A stretch of 64,000 nt of DNA from Promethearchaeota archaeon (GCA_048938385.1 JBHLMG010000013.1:1-64000), one strand, 5' to 3'; positions 18,539-29,578 are shown, counted from the stretch's first letter. Notes: a model not told the origin generated them from the sequence alone. Numbers and translations are program-made.

Positions 18539-19911
18539 ATCATATGCCGATAATATCGTTTCTTCACCTTATTGCCCACAAGGGTTCCCCGAATCCGACG
18601 AGACCAGTTATAAAACGATCTATAAGTGCAGTATAGCTCTTTTTGAACCTCTTGGCGTGTTAACTGTTCGGTAGGCATAATGGCATGAATCATATCAAAG
18701 TTTGTCCATTGCGAATCTTCGATCCACCCATTTTTTACCGCTTCTGTGTATAATGGCGTTCCAGGATAAGGGGTCATCGTCATGAACACTGCAATGTCTG
18801 GATCAATCTCGTTGATCCATTCCCGGAACGCATCAAGGGTCTCCTGGGATTCATGGCGATCCCCGATAATTGCCGTTGTTTGGGCTAGAATATCGTGTTC
18901 CTTCAGGAGCTTGATAGCTTCTTTTCCCGTCGTTATGTCAAAACCTTTACCATATTGATTAAGGAGCTGTGGATTATGGGTTTCTAGACCGGTCATAATC
19001 CATTGAAGACCAGTCTCGCGTAATTTCGGTAATAACGCTCTACCTGAGACGATCTCATCAGCTCGGGACTGGAAAAACCACATGAGATCTTCGGTAATTC
19101 CTCTGATTAGAAGTTCATCACAGAGGGTCTCCATCCATCCATCTAGCTTGACATAATCATCGGTGAGCCAGAGAAATCTACTCCCAAATTCTCGGTACAG
19201 GTATTCAAATTCATCAGCAACCCGTTTTGGCGATTTCCGTCGGCATCGTCCCCAATAGCGCCATTGACTACAAAAAGCACATACATGATCGCATCCACGA
19301 CTTCCTTCGACCAGTGCATAGGGAAGCTTCTTTGCGGCAGGAAAACGGTATTTTGTCATGTGCTCTGTGACAAAATGATATCCTGGAAAGGGCAAAGTAT
19401 CCAACTCTTGTATTTGTGGGCGTTTTTCAGTACACACAACATTACCATGTTGGCGAAAAGCCAATCCCTGTATGTGGGCTAAGGGGGTGTTTTCATCCAG
19501 TGCCTTCACCAACTCAGTGAAGGTTACTTCCCCTTCTCCTATTACAATAAAATCTACTTGAGGATGCGCCTTTAAGACATCTTTAGCAAACACAGAGAAA
19601 TGCTGTCCACCTAACACAGTTTGGATATCGTCGGATACCTCCTTCGCTAAAGTTGCGACTCTAAGCGCTAAATTAGCGTTACAAGTTGACAGTGTACTGG
19701 GAGCGACAACATCAGGTTGCCACTGTTTGATGCGGTCTTCGACTCCCGCCCATACCATCTCTTCGGCTTGACAATCCATGACTCGAATTTCTACATCTGC
19801 CACATGTTTCTCTAGATACGCTGCAAGACACAGAAGGGCTAATGGTGGGGGAAGATAGTTTCCCATTACAAACCACGGTTGTTTGGGTGGTTCAATAAAG
19901 AGGACCTTCAC
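18493..19911 (-). CDS. Cobalamin-binding radical SAM enzyme
   Basis: B12-binding N-domain (PPLALLCLAA, GGQH, GEGE); SRGCDHVCAFC; likely GTG start at 19911 (ORF track starts at 20043). Confidence 0.9.
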   Translation of the reverse strand: MKVLFIEPPKQPWFVMGNYLPPPLALLCLAAYLEKHVADVEIRVMDCQAEEMVWAGVEDRIKQWQPDVVAPSTLSTCNANLALRVATLAKEVSDDIQTVLGGQHFSVFAKDVLKAHPQVDFIVIGEGEVTFTELVKALDENTPLAHIQGLAFRQHGNVVCTEKRPQIQELDTLPFPGYHFVTEHMTKYRFPAAKKLPYALVEGSRGCDHVCAFCSQWRYWGRCRRKSPKRVADEFEYLYREFGSRFLWLTDDYVKLDGWMETLCDELLIRGITEDLMWFFQSRADEIVSGRALLPKLRETGLQWIMTGLETHNPQLLNQYGKGFDITTGKEAIKLLKEHDILAQTTAIIGDRHESQETLDAFREWINEIDPDIAVFMTMTPYPGTPLYTEAVKNGWIEDSQWTNFDMIHAIMPTEQLTRQEVQKELYCTYRSFYNWSRRIRGTLVGNKVKKRYYRHMMWKGFLGLVKGLFRF

Positions 19912-20162
19912 AATGACACAACTCAACCGCTCGTAAAAGCGTCTACCCCGACGCAGGAATTTAATCCTTTGGTGTCTACAGCAAAACTCATTGTAAAAGA
20001 AATAGAGTGAGAACCAGATTAATGGCAATTTAGGCGCTTCCAAAAAGGACTAAATTGGAGGGGAGAGGGAATGGTTTCTAGGGGAGTGGAAGTGCCTAAA
20101 TACTCGCCAATCCGGTTCTCCAGTTAACTTACGCTTGCAAATCCGCTTATTAAAACTTCTCT

Positions 20163-20636
20163 TTGTCAACTTTTTATTTTGAATTGAATTCCGCTTTCCC
20201 CAAACGCTTAAGAGGAGATAGCTACCTATCGCTGAGTGAGGTGTTCCTCTTGGTCTATTGCCAGAAATGCAGTGCAGAAAATATGGATGACGCAGATTTC
20301 TGTAAGAAATGCGGAGCTCCTCTCACGCCTGTCAAGAAGGATTTTGAGGCAAGAGCTGAAGCCTTCGGAGAACGGATTGGCCGTCGCGCTGAACGCTGGG
20401 GACAAAGGGTCGGTGCACGGGCTGAAGAAGAATGTTTTGGCGTGACAGGAGGAGGAGCCATCTTTGGTATCATCTTCGGTATAGTCATCATTGGAATTGG
20501 ATCATCGTTTATCATTGGATTACCAGTATGGTCGTTTATTGGGCCCATTATTGCAGTGGTTTTCGGGGTTCTCATTATAGTTTGTGCATTGAATTCAGTT
20601 CGTCGGAAACGCTCTATGGGGAGCCCGGAACCTTGA
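20163..20636 (+). CDS. Zinc-ribbon protein with 2 C-terminal TM helices
   Basis: CQKC..NMDDADFCKKC; EECFG then 2 TM segments; real start probably near 20250. Confidence 0.8.
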   Translation: MSTFYFELNSAFPKRLRGDSYLSLSEVFLLVYCQKCSAENMDDADFCKKCGAPLTPVKKDFEARAEAFGERIGRRAERWGQRVGARAEEECFGVTGGGAIFGIIFGIVIIGIGSSFIIGLPVWSFIGPIIAVVFGVLIIVCALNSVRRKRSMGSPEP

Positions 20637-20655
20637 GGTAAGAATCACGGAGGTT

Positions 20656-21135
20656 ATGGTAATGTCAAGAAAATTGCATGAAGGACCAGATATCTTGGGT
20701 GCTGTCACCTTTGGGTTAATCATCATCTTATTGGCTATCCTATCGGTAGTGATCCCTACTCTGTTAGGATCTTTCTCAGCATTTATCCTCGACTTCGCAA
20801 TGGTCCAGGTCTATCCAGGGTTCTATTGGTGGGCTCCACAAAACCCGGCAAATCATGTTGTGCTTTACAACGCGATCTTTCTCTTCTTCGCTGGAATAAT
20901 CATCATTAATTCCATTGTCCTTATTCTACGGATAGTGTTCAGAGACTCTCCTCGCCGTCAAATCGAATCCCTTGGTGGTATCATCATGAGTGCGGGAACC
21001 ACTTGGGCTGCATATAATCTAACTATGCACTACAACTTCACTCACTTTATGGGCTTTCTCATCGTCTTCGCAGGAGTAAGTCTCATCATCTCGAGCCTTG
21101 GTTACTGGTTAGTCCTCAACATGGAAGGCTCCTAA
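20656..21135 (+). CDS. Membrane protein
   Basis: 4 TM segments; GGAGG before ATG. Confidence 0.75.
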   Translation: MVMSRKLHEGPDILGAVTFGLIIILLAILSVVIPTLLGSFSAFILDFAMVQVYPGFYWWAPQNPANHVVLYNAIFLFFAGIIIINSIVLILRIVFRDSPRRQIESLGGIIMSAGTTWAAYNLTMHYNFTHFMGFLIVFAGVSLIISSLGYWLVLNMEGS

Positions 21136-21220
21136 CCTACTACCTTCCCACTAGCTTCGTTCATTCATCCTAACGCAAACAGGGTCTTTCTCCTCTCTCA
21201 ACGCAAAGATAAATAGCCTC

Positions 21221-23128
21221 TCACTCTCGCTTCATCGGACGCATGTTCGCTGATCCAGGGGGTTTTGCTGGTTGTTCTGGAGCCTTAGCGAGTTCTTCTT
21301 GTGCAACCTTTAATACATCTTGAGAAATTTCTTCTGCTGTTTGATGCGCATAATATGTATCATACAGGGCTTTGTAGTGTCCTCCAAGAGCAAGCAGCTC
21401 TTGGTGCGTTCCTGCTTCAATCAGCTTACCATGCTCGAATACGAGTACGCGCGAGGCGTTGGCTATCGTTGTCAATCGATGGGCAATCACTACTGTTGTT
21501 CGATTAGCAAACAACCTCTCTTGTGCGGCTTGGACCAATGATTCTGAATAGGCGTCCAATCGACTGGTCGCCTCATCTAAAATCAAAATTTTCGGATCTG
21601 CAAGCATTGTTCGAGCGATAGAAATCATTTGAACTTGGCCTACACTCAAATTGCTTCCCCCTTCGATGAGCATGGTTTGGTAACCCTGAGGGAGCACTTC
21701 AATGAAGTCATGGGCTCCGATTAGTCGACTGAGCTCGTAGACTTCCTCATCAGTTGCCTCAGGTCGTCCGTATCGGATATTCTCCAGCACAGTGTCATCA
21801 AAAAGGTAGGGCTCTTGGGCTATCAAGGCGACAGTTTTGTGTAATGAGTCTAAGCTGATCTCTTTGAGGTTCTGGTCACCTATTCGAATATTTCCTTCTT
21901 GCGGATCGTAAAACCGGTTGATGAGGGCTGCAATCGTGGTCTTGCCGGCTCCAGTGTGTCCGACTATTGCAATTAACTCTCCAGGCTTTACATGAAAATC
22001 AACCGCTTTGAGAACCTCAGCGCCTTCCACATATGCAAAACTGACATTCTCAAAGGTGATCCCGTCACTGGTGGGATCTAACGCCACGGCAGAAGGAATT
22101 TCTCGGATAGCCGGTTCAGCTTCTAACACATCCATCAGTCGATCCATGGATGCCATAGCTGCTTGAAACTGGGTTGACATCATGCTGAGTGAGAGTAAGG
22201 GCATGAGAAACCGTTGAATGAGAATCGTCCCAAGAAACACCTCTCCAATCGAGAGAATGGGCGTAGTTCCTATGGCAAGGCTTCCTCCCACAAAGAGAAC
22301 GGCTGCTGTTGCTGCAACACCTGTGGTTCGAACTAAAGGTTGCATTAAGGTCATGAGCATCATGAAACGAAATCCGTACCGGTAGGATTCTTGATTCAAG
22401 TTGCTTAGAGTCTTCGCTGTTTCCGCTTCACGATTAAAGGCTTTGGCAACATGAATGCCACTTAGGTTCTCGGCGATTTGACCGGAGACAAAACCCGTTG
22501 CGCGTTGCGAGGCTAACATCGTTCGCTGTCCAACTGTACCAAAGAGAACCACAATGAGCACAACGACAGGAACGGTTACCAAGGCGGTAAGGGCTACGAA
22601 GGGTGAAGTCAGCCACATTAACACAAAGGTGGCGATGAGTAACAAGAGCTGGCTGCCAAAGTCGATGATGATTTGAACACCTGTGGCTAGGTTATCTGTA
22701 TCAGTGGTTACACGGGAGGTAATTTCACCACTTTGTATGGAACGATGGTAAGCTAAATCGGCGCCCACCAACTTTCCATATACATCCTGTTGGAGGGATT
22801 GAATGAATCCTCCTTGTGCACCTGATAGCAGCCAAGTATAAGTTGAACCAAGCACCCAACTGCTCACGCGCAATAAGATGTACAATAATCCAAGGAAGAG
22901 GATGCCTTCCAAGGTGCTCTGTTGGAAGATGAGGTCAATAGCGGTGGCTAGAATTAAGGGATCGATGGTACGAAAAACCATGGCAATTAGGGTGAGGACC
23001 GCAGCAAAGGCAATAACGGTTTTAAACCGTCCAAGATAGTGGAACATCTTCCCAATCAGAACCCGTAATGGACGACTCCGTTTCTCCCGTTCGCGCGCAA
23101 AGGCAGTGGGTCCTCTATGAATCGCCAT
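21221..23128 (-). CDS. Heterodimeric ABC exporter subunit (TMD-NBD)
   Basis: GHTGAGKT, LSVGQ, ILDEATS, AHR. Confidence 0.95.
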   Translation of the reverse strand: MAIHRGPTAFAREREKRSRPLRVLIGKMFHYLGRFKTVIAFAAVLTLIAMVFRTIDPLILATAIDLIFQQSTLEGILFLGLLYILLRVSSWVLGSTYTWLLSGAQGGFIQSLQQDVYGKLVGADLAYHRSIQSGEITSRVTTDTDNLATGVQIIIDFGSQLLLLIATFVLMWLTSPFVALTALVTVPVVVLIVVLFGTVGQRTMLASQRATGFVSGQIAENLSGIHVAKAFNREAETAKTLSNLNQESYRYGFRFMMLMTLMQPLVRTTGVAATAAVLFVGGSLAIGTTPILSIGEVFLGTILIQRFLMPLLSLSMMSTQFQAAMASMDRLMDVLEAEPAIREIPSAVALDPTSDGITFENVSFAYVEGAEVLKAVDFHVKPGELIAIVGHTGAGKTTIAALINRFYDPQEGNIRIGDQNLKEISLDSLHKTVALIAQEPYLFDDTVLENIRYGRPEATDEEVYELSRLIGAHDFIEVLPQGYQTMLIEGGSNLSVGQVQMISIARTMLADPKILILDEATSRLDAYSESLVQAAQERLFANRTTVVIAHRLTTIANASRVLVFEHGKLIEAGTHQELLALGGHYKALYDTYYAHQTAEEISQDVLKVAQEELAKAPEQPAKPPGSANMRPMKRE

Positions 23129-24924
23129 TAGTTTGCCCCCTCCTGATTTGATTTTAAGTGAACATATGCCACTGCCCCGGGAAGTCGTTCGAAGATGCGT
23201 TGGTAATGTACCGAGGTGCGGAGTAACTCATCATGGGTACCAATTGCGACAAGTTTTCCCTTGTCTAAAATGATGATCAAATCGGATTCCAACAATGTTC
23301 GTAGACGCTGAGTGACAGTAATGCTTGTACGCCCTTTCATTACCTCGTCCAAAGCTTTTCTTAACGCATATTCTGTTTGTGCATCAATCGCGCTGACCGA
23401 ATCATCTAGCAGAAGAATTTTGGGGTCCTGGATTAGTGTACGGGCAATGGCTAATCGCTGGCGTTGCCCTCCGCTTAGGGTCATTCCGCGTTCACCGATG
23501 ATGGTTTCATAACCTTCTGGTAACTGCTGAATGAACTCGTGGGCCTGCGCTTTTTTCGCTGCATCGACGATTTCTTCTTCACAGGCATCAATGCAACCAA
23601 AGCCTATGTTATCCTTGATGCTCATTCGAAATAGGAAGATCTCCTGCTCTACCAATCCGACTGCGGCACGAACATTCTTGGTTAGAACCTGGCGTAAATC
23701 GGCACCACCGATCACGACGCGACCTTGTGTGGGATCGTACAAGCGTAGTAACAGCTTCAAAATTGTGCTTTTTCCTCCACCCGGACCACCTATCAAAGCG
23801 ACACGAGATCCCCCTGGAATGGTGAAACTTACATCCTTCAAAGCGTATGTATTGTTTTGACCATTCCCGTCGATATATTGGAAACTTACATTCTCAAAGA
23901 CGATGTCATCGGTCCATCCGACTTCAGTAACGGAGGGGTCTGGTTCTTGCAACACATCTTTCCAATTCAACACATTGATTATGCGCTGAGCATTCACATG
24001 CCCTCCGCGAATCACGAGAAGAAACCGTGGTAACATGAAGCTAAACGAATCTATGGTCGCCAAAAGACCAAGGATTTGAATGAGCGTACCTACGGTGTAG
24101 CCGGGTACTAATTGTAAGACTTGGAACGCGCCAAAGAGGAAAGCAGCTGCGGTAATGGCGGTTAGAATTAATTCCGGAATGTAGAACGCGGCAAGTCGCC
24201 CTTCACGAACTAGTAGGTTTGCATACTCCTCTGAGATTCCATTGAATTTCTCTTGTTCTTGCTCTTCGGTACCAAATGCACGGACCACTTCTATTCCGCG
24301 AAATACTTCTTGGCTAATAGCGGTTACCTTCTCGTTTTGCACAGAACGTGCGCGTCTGACGGGTTCTACTTTCATGGCGTATCGGTAAGCGAAGAATAGG
24401 TAGATCGGTGTGCCGATTGCCATGATGATGCCTAAACGGAGGTCAATGAGCGTGAGTAATACGGCTGCGATAATGAGCGTGCCAATCGCTTGAATGATGG
24501 CCCGCAGAGCAGGATTCAGAGAGAATCGAACCCAGCGTAGGTCTTGCATAGCAACGGCTAACAATTGTTTACTGTCTACTTGATCGTGAAAGGTCATACT
24601 ATTCTCTTGGACCACCTCGAAGAATTCCTGTCGGGCATCTCGTTCCCACCGTAGCGTGATAATCGCAAACGCGTATCCGACCAAGACGATTGTGCCAAAG
24701 AGGGTGACTGCGATTCCGAGGATCGTAAAAACATGGAAAATGAATAAGCTGGTGAATCCGTTTAGCGCTAGCTCGTCAACAGCGTTACCTAAGATAATTG
24801 AGGGCATGGTCAACAGGTAGGATCCGAAGAGTGCAAGACCGGAGGAAATAATGGCTACGCCTGGATAGCGGCGTAATGCCGCCAACTGATAGCTACTTGC
24901 ACTCTTGTATTTCACATCAGACAC
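23128..24924 (-). CDS. Heterodimeric ABC exporter subunit (TMD-NBD, degenerate catalytic residues)
   Basis: GGPGGGKS, LSGGQ, LLDD instead of DE, TQR instead of xHR. Confidence 0.95.
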   Translation of the reverse strand: MSDVKYKSASSYQLAALRRYPGVAIISSGLALFGSYLLTMPSIILGNAVDELALNGFTSLFIFHVFTILGIAVTLFGTIVLVGYAFAIITLRWERDARQEFFEVVQENSMTFHDQVDSKQLLAVAMQDLRWVRFSLNPALRAIIQAIGTLIIAAVLLTLIDLRLGIIMAIGTPIYLFFAYRYAMKVEPVRRARSVQNEKVTAISQEVFRGIEVVRAFGTEEQEQEKFNGISEEYANLLVREGRLAAFYIPELILTAITAAAFLFGAFQVLQLVPGYTVGTLIQILGLLATIDSFSFMLPRFLLVIRGGHVNAQRIINVLNWKDVLQEPDPSVTEVGWTDDIVFENVSFQYIDGNGQNNTYALKDVSFTIPGGSRVALIGGPGGGKSTILKLLLRLYDPTQGRVVIGGADLRQVLTKNVRAAVGLVEQEIFLFRMSIKDNIGFGCIDACEEEIVDAAKKAQAHEFIQQLPEGYETIIGERGMTLSGGQRQRLAIARTLIQDPKILLLDDSVSAIDAQTEYALRKALDEVMKGRTSITVTQRLRTLLESDLIIILDKGKLVAIGTHDELLRTSVHYQRIFERLPGAVAYVHLKSNQEGAN

Positions 24925-25313
24925 GAGAATCGTTCCCTTTTTTCTGTGTATTCCTTTCGCTAACTCATCTCTTTGGTTGGTTCCTTGTTAATTGCTGCTT
25001 TTATGAGGACATCGACTTATATCCTGACATACTTCTAGAAGTTTTCATTACGCTTGCCAAACTCCCTTTTTAGAGCCATCGCTTTTTCTGAAAAGACCAG
25101 ACCAAATGGAGAGAAACCAGGAATGCCCTCCGTTCTAGCTACCTTATGACCCAATTACCCCTAGGGTTTACTGATTATTAGTCTTAGAGTTCGCTCCAAC
25201 AAGGTGGTTATCCTAACTGTTTTCAATTAGCTTTGAAGACACTCATTACCTCCTCTAGACTTCAGTTCAAAGCAAAGGCTGAAATAATTTGAGTTAGCAG
25301 AAATTGTACGCTG

Positions 25314-26378
25314 TTGGATACGGAGTTGATAGTGGTGTTGAAGTTGATGGAACGGCTCCTTGCAGCAACAGGAGTATCAGGATTTGAAGCCCCCATCCGT
25401 GAGATTATCCAAGAAATTGTACATCCACACCTTGCCTTAGAAACGGATTCACTGGGAAATCTTTATGGAAGCATTGGCGACGGGTCTCCCCACATTCTCA
25501 TCATTGCTCATATGGATGAACTGGGGCTAGTCGTTACCCACATCGAGGAGAATGGCTGTCTCCGTTTTCGCAAAGTGGGCGGAATTGATGACCGCCTTCT
25601 CCCAAGTCGTTCAGTCTTTGTCCACACAAAGTCAGGACCTATACGAGGTGCAATTGGAATGGTACCACCACACCTGATGGTTGATCGTGGGCAAATGAAA
25701 AATGTGGTACCGTGGAACGAAATGCAGGTTGATCTCTGTACTCGGAGTCGGGCAGAAACAGAAGCCCTAGGTGTACGATTACTCGATCCCATTACTCTTG
25801 AAAAAGACTCGTTCGTCCTGCAAGGAAAGTATCTCTGTGGACGAGGAATTGATGACCGCTTCGGCTGTGCGGTCCTCGTAAAACTAGTAGAAAGCCTCAC
25901 CTCCCAACAACTGAATCGGAAGATAACATTTGTCTGGAGCGCCCAAGAAGAAATCGGATTGCATGGGGCCACCGTGATAGGCAACCGGTTTACTCCTGAT
26001 ATCGTGGTCGCTGTTGACTCCTATGCTACCGGAGATGCTCCTGATGTCCCCTTTCATCTCGCTCCGGTGCGGCTTGGTGATGGTCCTGTGCTCAGACTCT
26101 GGGACCATCGGGCAATCGCTTCACCGTATATGCGTGATCAATTCGAAACGATTGCAAAGCAGCAAGGGCTCCCCCTGCAATGTGGCGCTACGGGCGGCGG
26201 CACCGATGGCGCAGCGATCCAACGCGCTGGCACAGGAGCCTTAATGATGGCGGTTTCTGTGGCCGTGCGCTATTTGCACTCAACAGTGGAAATCTGTCAC
26301 CTCGACGATTTGCAGAATCTCGTCACCCTCCTAAACATCGTTCTTCCACAGCTTCAACTACCACAAAAGGTTGGATGA
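25314..26378 (+). CDS. M42 family (TET-like) aminopeptidase
   Basis: AHMDE, DDR, QEEIG, RYLHS. Confidence 0.92.
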   Translation: MDTELIVVLKLMERLLAATGVSGFEAPIREIIQEIVHPHLALETDSLGNLYGSIGDGSPHILIIAHMDELGLVVTHIEENGCLRFRKVGGIDDRLLPSRSVFVHTKSGPIRGAIGMVPPHLMVDRGQMKNVVPWNEMQVDLCTRSRAETEALGVRLLDPITLEKDSFVLQGKYLCGRGIDDRFGCAVLVKLVESLTSQQLNRKITFVWSAQEEIGLHGATVIGNRFTPDIVVAVDSYATGDAPDVPFHLAPVRLGDGPVLRLWDHRAIASPYMRDQFETIAKQQGLPLQCGATGGGTDGAAIQRAGTGALMMAVSVAVRYLHSTVEICHLDDLQNLVTLLNIVLPQLQLPQKVG

Positions 26379-27276
26379 AATGTTACAATCAACGGATCCA
26401 CTTACTGGCTTGATTCAATGGTTGATAATCTTCCTACAAGTGTGGGCTCCTCTGTTAATTGTCTTGGTTCTAGTCTGGGTAGTACTAGCGCTTTTTGCGG
26501 GAGTGCTCATTCGGTTTCTTCGCAAGCGTGCAAACCGTACAGGGTTTCCTTCTGACGCTCTCAATGGGCTGATTTTGGCTATTCGATTAATTTTCATCTG
26601 GATTGGCATTGCACTTTTTGCGGTCTTCATCCCAGACCCGCTCTGGGCGTGGGTTGTGGTGGTAGTTGGTGATGCATCAGTGATCATTGGCTTAGCCGTT
26701 GGCATTGCCGTCAGTCAATCAATGCGTAACTTCATCTCTGGGTTATATGTACTGTTCACCGATCCCTTCGATGTCGGAGATTATGTGCGAATCGGCAACA
26801 ACGAAGGCATTATTCTTGAAGTGAGTATGAATTACACAAAACTTCGACAAATCGATGGCACCACTACGCTCATTCCAAACAGTAATGTCATGTCATCTTC
26901 TGTCACCAACTTTCGGTTTAGACGAAAACCAAAAAGACGCAAACAATCCGAAGAAGACGCTCACGAACATGCCTCTCTTCCTCGCCGTATTTGGTCGGTC
27001 ATCAGTCAAGCTATGGATACTTCAAAGCTCATCCAATACACTCTTCAATTGAAGTTTCCTGTTAAAAAGCCGCAAAAAACCTATGAAAAAATATTAGATC
27101 GCGTTTGTAAACAATGGGAACCAAAATTCGGATTTATGCCAGTCTATGCCATCACCGATATTACCCATTTGGCTTTTACTTACTCAATCACTATCTTTGT
27201 AGACGACCCCCAACTCTTGTTGGAGAACCGTTCAGAGTTCATCAGAGATATCGGAAATGAAGTGTACAAAGGCTAA
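26371..27276 (+). CDS. Mechanosensitive channel, MscS family
   Basis: 3 TM segments; NFISG...PFDVGDYV...IPNS. Confidence 0.9.
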   Translation: MDEMLQSTDPLTGLIQWLIIFLQVWAPLLIVLVLVWVVLALFAGVLIRFLRKRANRTGFPSDALNGLILAIRLIFIWIGIALFAVFIPDPLWAWVVVVVGDASVIIGLAVGIAVSQSMRNFISGLYVLFTDPFDVGDYVRIGNNEGIILEVSMNYTKLRQIDGTTTLIPNSNVMSSSVTNFRFRRKPKRRKQSEEDAHEHASLPRRIWSVISQAMDTSKLIQYTLQLKFPVKKPQKTYEKILDRVCKQWEPKFGFMPVYAITDITHLAFTYSITIFVDDPQLLLENRSEFIRDIGNEVYKG

Positions 27277-27395
27277 TCTCACAAGTGAAGCATTATCGGT
27301 TTCTCACTCTCTTTGAAAGATGAAAGGTCGGTGAACAATAATTATTAGTTTAAAATCAAATGTATTAGGGATCATATCTGGGGTGGGTTTCAATT

Positions 27396-28139
27396 ATGCC
27401 AAATCAAGAGAGCTTTGTAACATTCGGTCTTCCTGGAATTGATACCCTCTTAGGCGGTGGTTTAAGGCGTGGTACCACCTGCCTGCTTGAAGAATTGCAC
27501 GGCGAATCGAGCGGGATGAGCGGATTAGCTGGAATCCACTTTCTGTTAACTGGTGTTCAGCAAGGTGAAGGGGCGATTCTTCTGTTATCCGAACATACCG
27601 TTACTGAATTCCAACAACTCCCCGGCACTCAACAACTCCTCTCCATCGCTAAGCCCAACCAATTCGTCTTTATGGACGCCCTGTCATCAATGACCTATGG
27701 TGAACCAGCTTCTCAACCCACCGATGATGATGAAGGTATTATCCGCTGCTCCAATGTTCGCTATGATGCCAAGTTCTACGAAGAATGGCGGAATACCGTT
27801 TCCATGTTCGAAAATCCTCTTATGTACATTGACTCCCTAAGCGTGTTATTACACGCCATGGAATCAGACAAAGCCGCGTGGCGATTCTGGTTGAGCTTGC
27901 TTCCGCTCATCCGCCATCGACACCTCACAATTGTTGGCTCGTTCTATCCCCATATGCATTCTCCTGCCTTTGTTGAAAGCATCGAGCGGATCTGTGACAC
28001 CATTATCCAGTTCACCAGTGAACCTACGGCGAACGGAGTTGCACAACGGATCATCCAGGTCGTGAAAAACCGTGGGTTTAATTTCGACGAGCGAAAACAT
28101 CCCTACGATATAAGGGACTTCGACTTTGGTGAGTCCTAG
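27396..28139 (+). CDS. RecA/KaiC (RAD55)-fold protein lacking Walker A
   Basis: GLPGIDTLLGGGL, YIDSLS and KNRG present; no GKT/S. Confidence 0.8.
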   Translation: MPNQESFVTFGLPGIDTLLGGGLRRGTTCLLEELHGESSGMSGLAGIHFLLTGVQQGEGAILLLSEHTVTEFQQLPGTQQLLSIAKPNQFVFMDALSSMTYGEPASQPTDDDEGIIRCSNVRYDAKFYEEWRNTVSMFENPLMYIDSLSVLLHAMESDKAAWRFWLSLLPLIRHRHLTIVGSFYPHMHSPAFVESIERICDTIIQFTSEPTANGVAQRIIQVVKNRGFNFDERKHPYDIRDFDFGES

Positions 28140-28274
28140 CAAATACTCCAACATTTCTTCAGAAAGCGTCTTTTCATGTTTTCTAGTCAGAGTCAAAAAG
28201 CCTTTAGGGAAAATCAGGCGATAGGCATGGTCACTTGATGCTCCACATTCGTTCATCTCTATGGAGGCAACCTT

Positions 28275-29558
28275 ATGGACATCAAACCCTTTACACGAAA
28301 AGAGAAAATCATTGTCTTCTTTGCCTGCGCCCTCGGATGGGCTCATGATGCAATCGGACTCACCCTCATCACCTTCTTGGTGGGACCTATCGCAACCGAA
28401 TTTAACATCATTCACTTTCCCGTCCCAATAGTTCCAGAGTTTCACATCGGTATCATCCTCTCAGCACAATATATCGCAACGGTTCCTGGAGCTTTCCTTT
28501 TCGGGGCTCTAGCCGATAAGTACGGTCGAAAAAATCTCCTGCTAGCTTCGATTGCTTGGGATGCAATTCTCACAGCAGCCTCAGCCTTCGCACCGAACTT
28601 CTATGTCTTTGCAACACTTCGCATCCTCTCAGGTATGGGCGTTTCATGGGGTATTGCATTTGCCCTCCTTGGCGAAGTCTACTCGCCAAAACGCCGGGCC
28701 TTCTTTGGAGGATTAGTCCACGCCATGTTCATCATCGGGTATCTGGGTTCTGCGATCTCAGTATTGGTACTTGAACCAGTACTCTCAGTGATGTTTCCAG
28801 TTGTCTGGTGGCGGTATCTCTTCCTAATCGCTTTAATTCCCATTCCCTTTGTTATCTGGTTGTACTTCGCATTGCCTGAATCTCGACTATGGGAAAAATA
28901 CCACGAATTGGAATCCCCCGATAAATTACCAATTGGCACACAACTACGGGAAATTATCCGAAAGGGATACCTGAAATTTCTAGTGATTGCAACCCTCATC
29001 TTCTGGGCTGCGGAATTCGCATATCACGCCTTCGTTGATTGGGGACCGTGGTTCTTGGGTGCTGGCGGAATCGGATTACCGGGGATGCAACCAACGCTCA
29101 TCGTGATGGGCATTGCCCTTCTCCTGCTCATAGTATTCCCTTTGGTGGGATTATTAGGTGACTTCATTGGTCGACGAAGAGCCTTCATGGTTCCGGCCAT
29201 CCTTGGAATACTCGGGACACTAGTCTTCGCGGTCGCGGTTCTCCTCTTCTTACCTCCTCCAGTGCTGATCACTATCCTTGGTCTAGTTATTCTTGCTTTA
29301 GGGTTCAGTTCACACGGACTCTTTGGCGTTTGGTCGAGTGAAATCTTTCCAACACGGGCACGAGCTGCAGCGAATTCCATTATCTTCAGCGTTGCTCGGG
29401 GTGTCTCGCTAGGAGCTGTTACCGTAGGCACTCTGGTGCTTATCCTTGGGATTCCGCTTGGCCAGGCGATGCTTATCGGTTCTCTTGGCTTTGTATTGAT
29501 GCTCTTACTACCTTGGCTTTTGCCTGAAACCAAGGGCAAAGTGTTAAAGCCAGACTAG
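28275..29558 (+). CDS. MFS transporter
   Basis: GALADKYGRK and GDFIGRRR motifs, PETKG; 12 TM segments. Confidence 0.93.
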   Translation: MDIKPFTRKEKIIVFFACALGWAHDAIGLTLITFLVGPIATEFNIIHFPVPIVPEFHIGIILSAQYIATVPGAFLFGALADKYGRKNLLLASIAWDAILTAASAFAPNFYVFATLRILSGMGVSWGIAFALLGEVYSPKRRAFFGGLVHAMFIIGYLGSAISVLVLEPVLSVMFPVVWWRYLFLIALIPIPFVIWLYFALPESRLWEKYHELESPDKLPIGTQLREIIRKGYLKFLVIATLIFWAAEFAYHAFVDWGPWFLGAGGIGLPGMQPTLIVMGIALLLLIVFPLVGLLGDFIGRRRAFMVPAILGILGTLVFAVAVLLFLPPPVLITILGLVILALGFSSHGLFGVWSSEIFPTRARAAANSIIFSVARGVSLGAVTVGTLVLILGIPLGQAMLIGSLGFVLMLLLPWLLPETKGKVLKPD

Positions 29559-29578
29559 CCAGCTATAAACACGCATAG

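Noticed and set aside
18493-19911. BchE (bacteriochlorophyll cyclase) assignment
   Set aside because: Only the generic B12-radical SAM architecture is supported; no photosynthesis genes nearby
21221-24924. Degenerate ABC motifs as a sign of pseudogenisation
   Set aside because: This asymmetry is the normal pattern of heterodimeric exporters (TM287/288, TmrAB type)
24925-25313. Possible ncRNA or tRNA in the larger intergenic gaps (also 16093-16374, 38362-38577, 51861-52102)
   Set aside because: No cloverleaf, T-loop or convincing extended structure seen, only short hairpins such as ACCC-GAAA-GGGT near 38468; an Infernal/tRNAscan run would be needed to exclude fully
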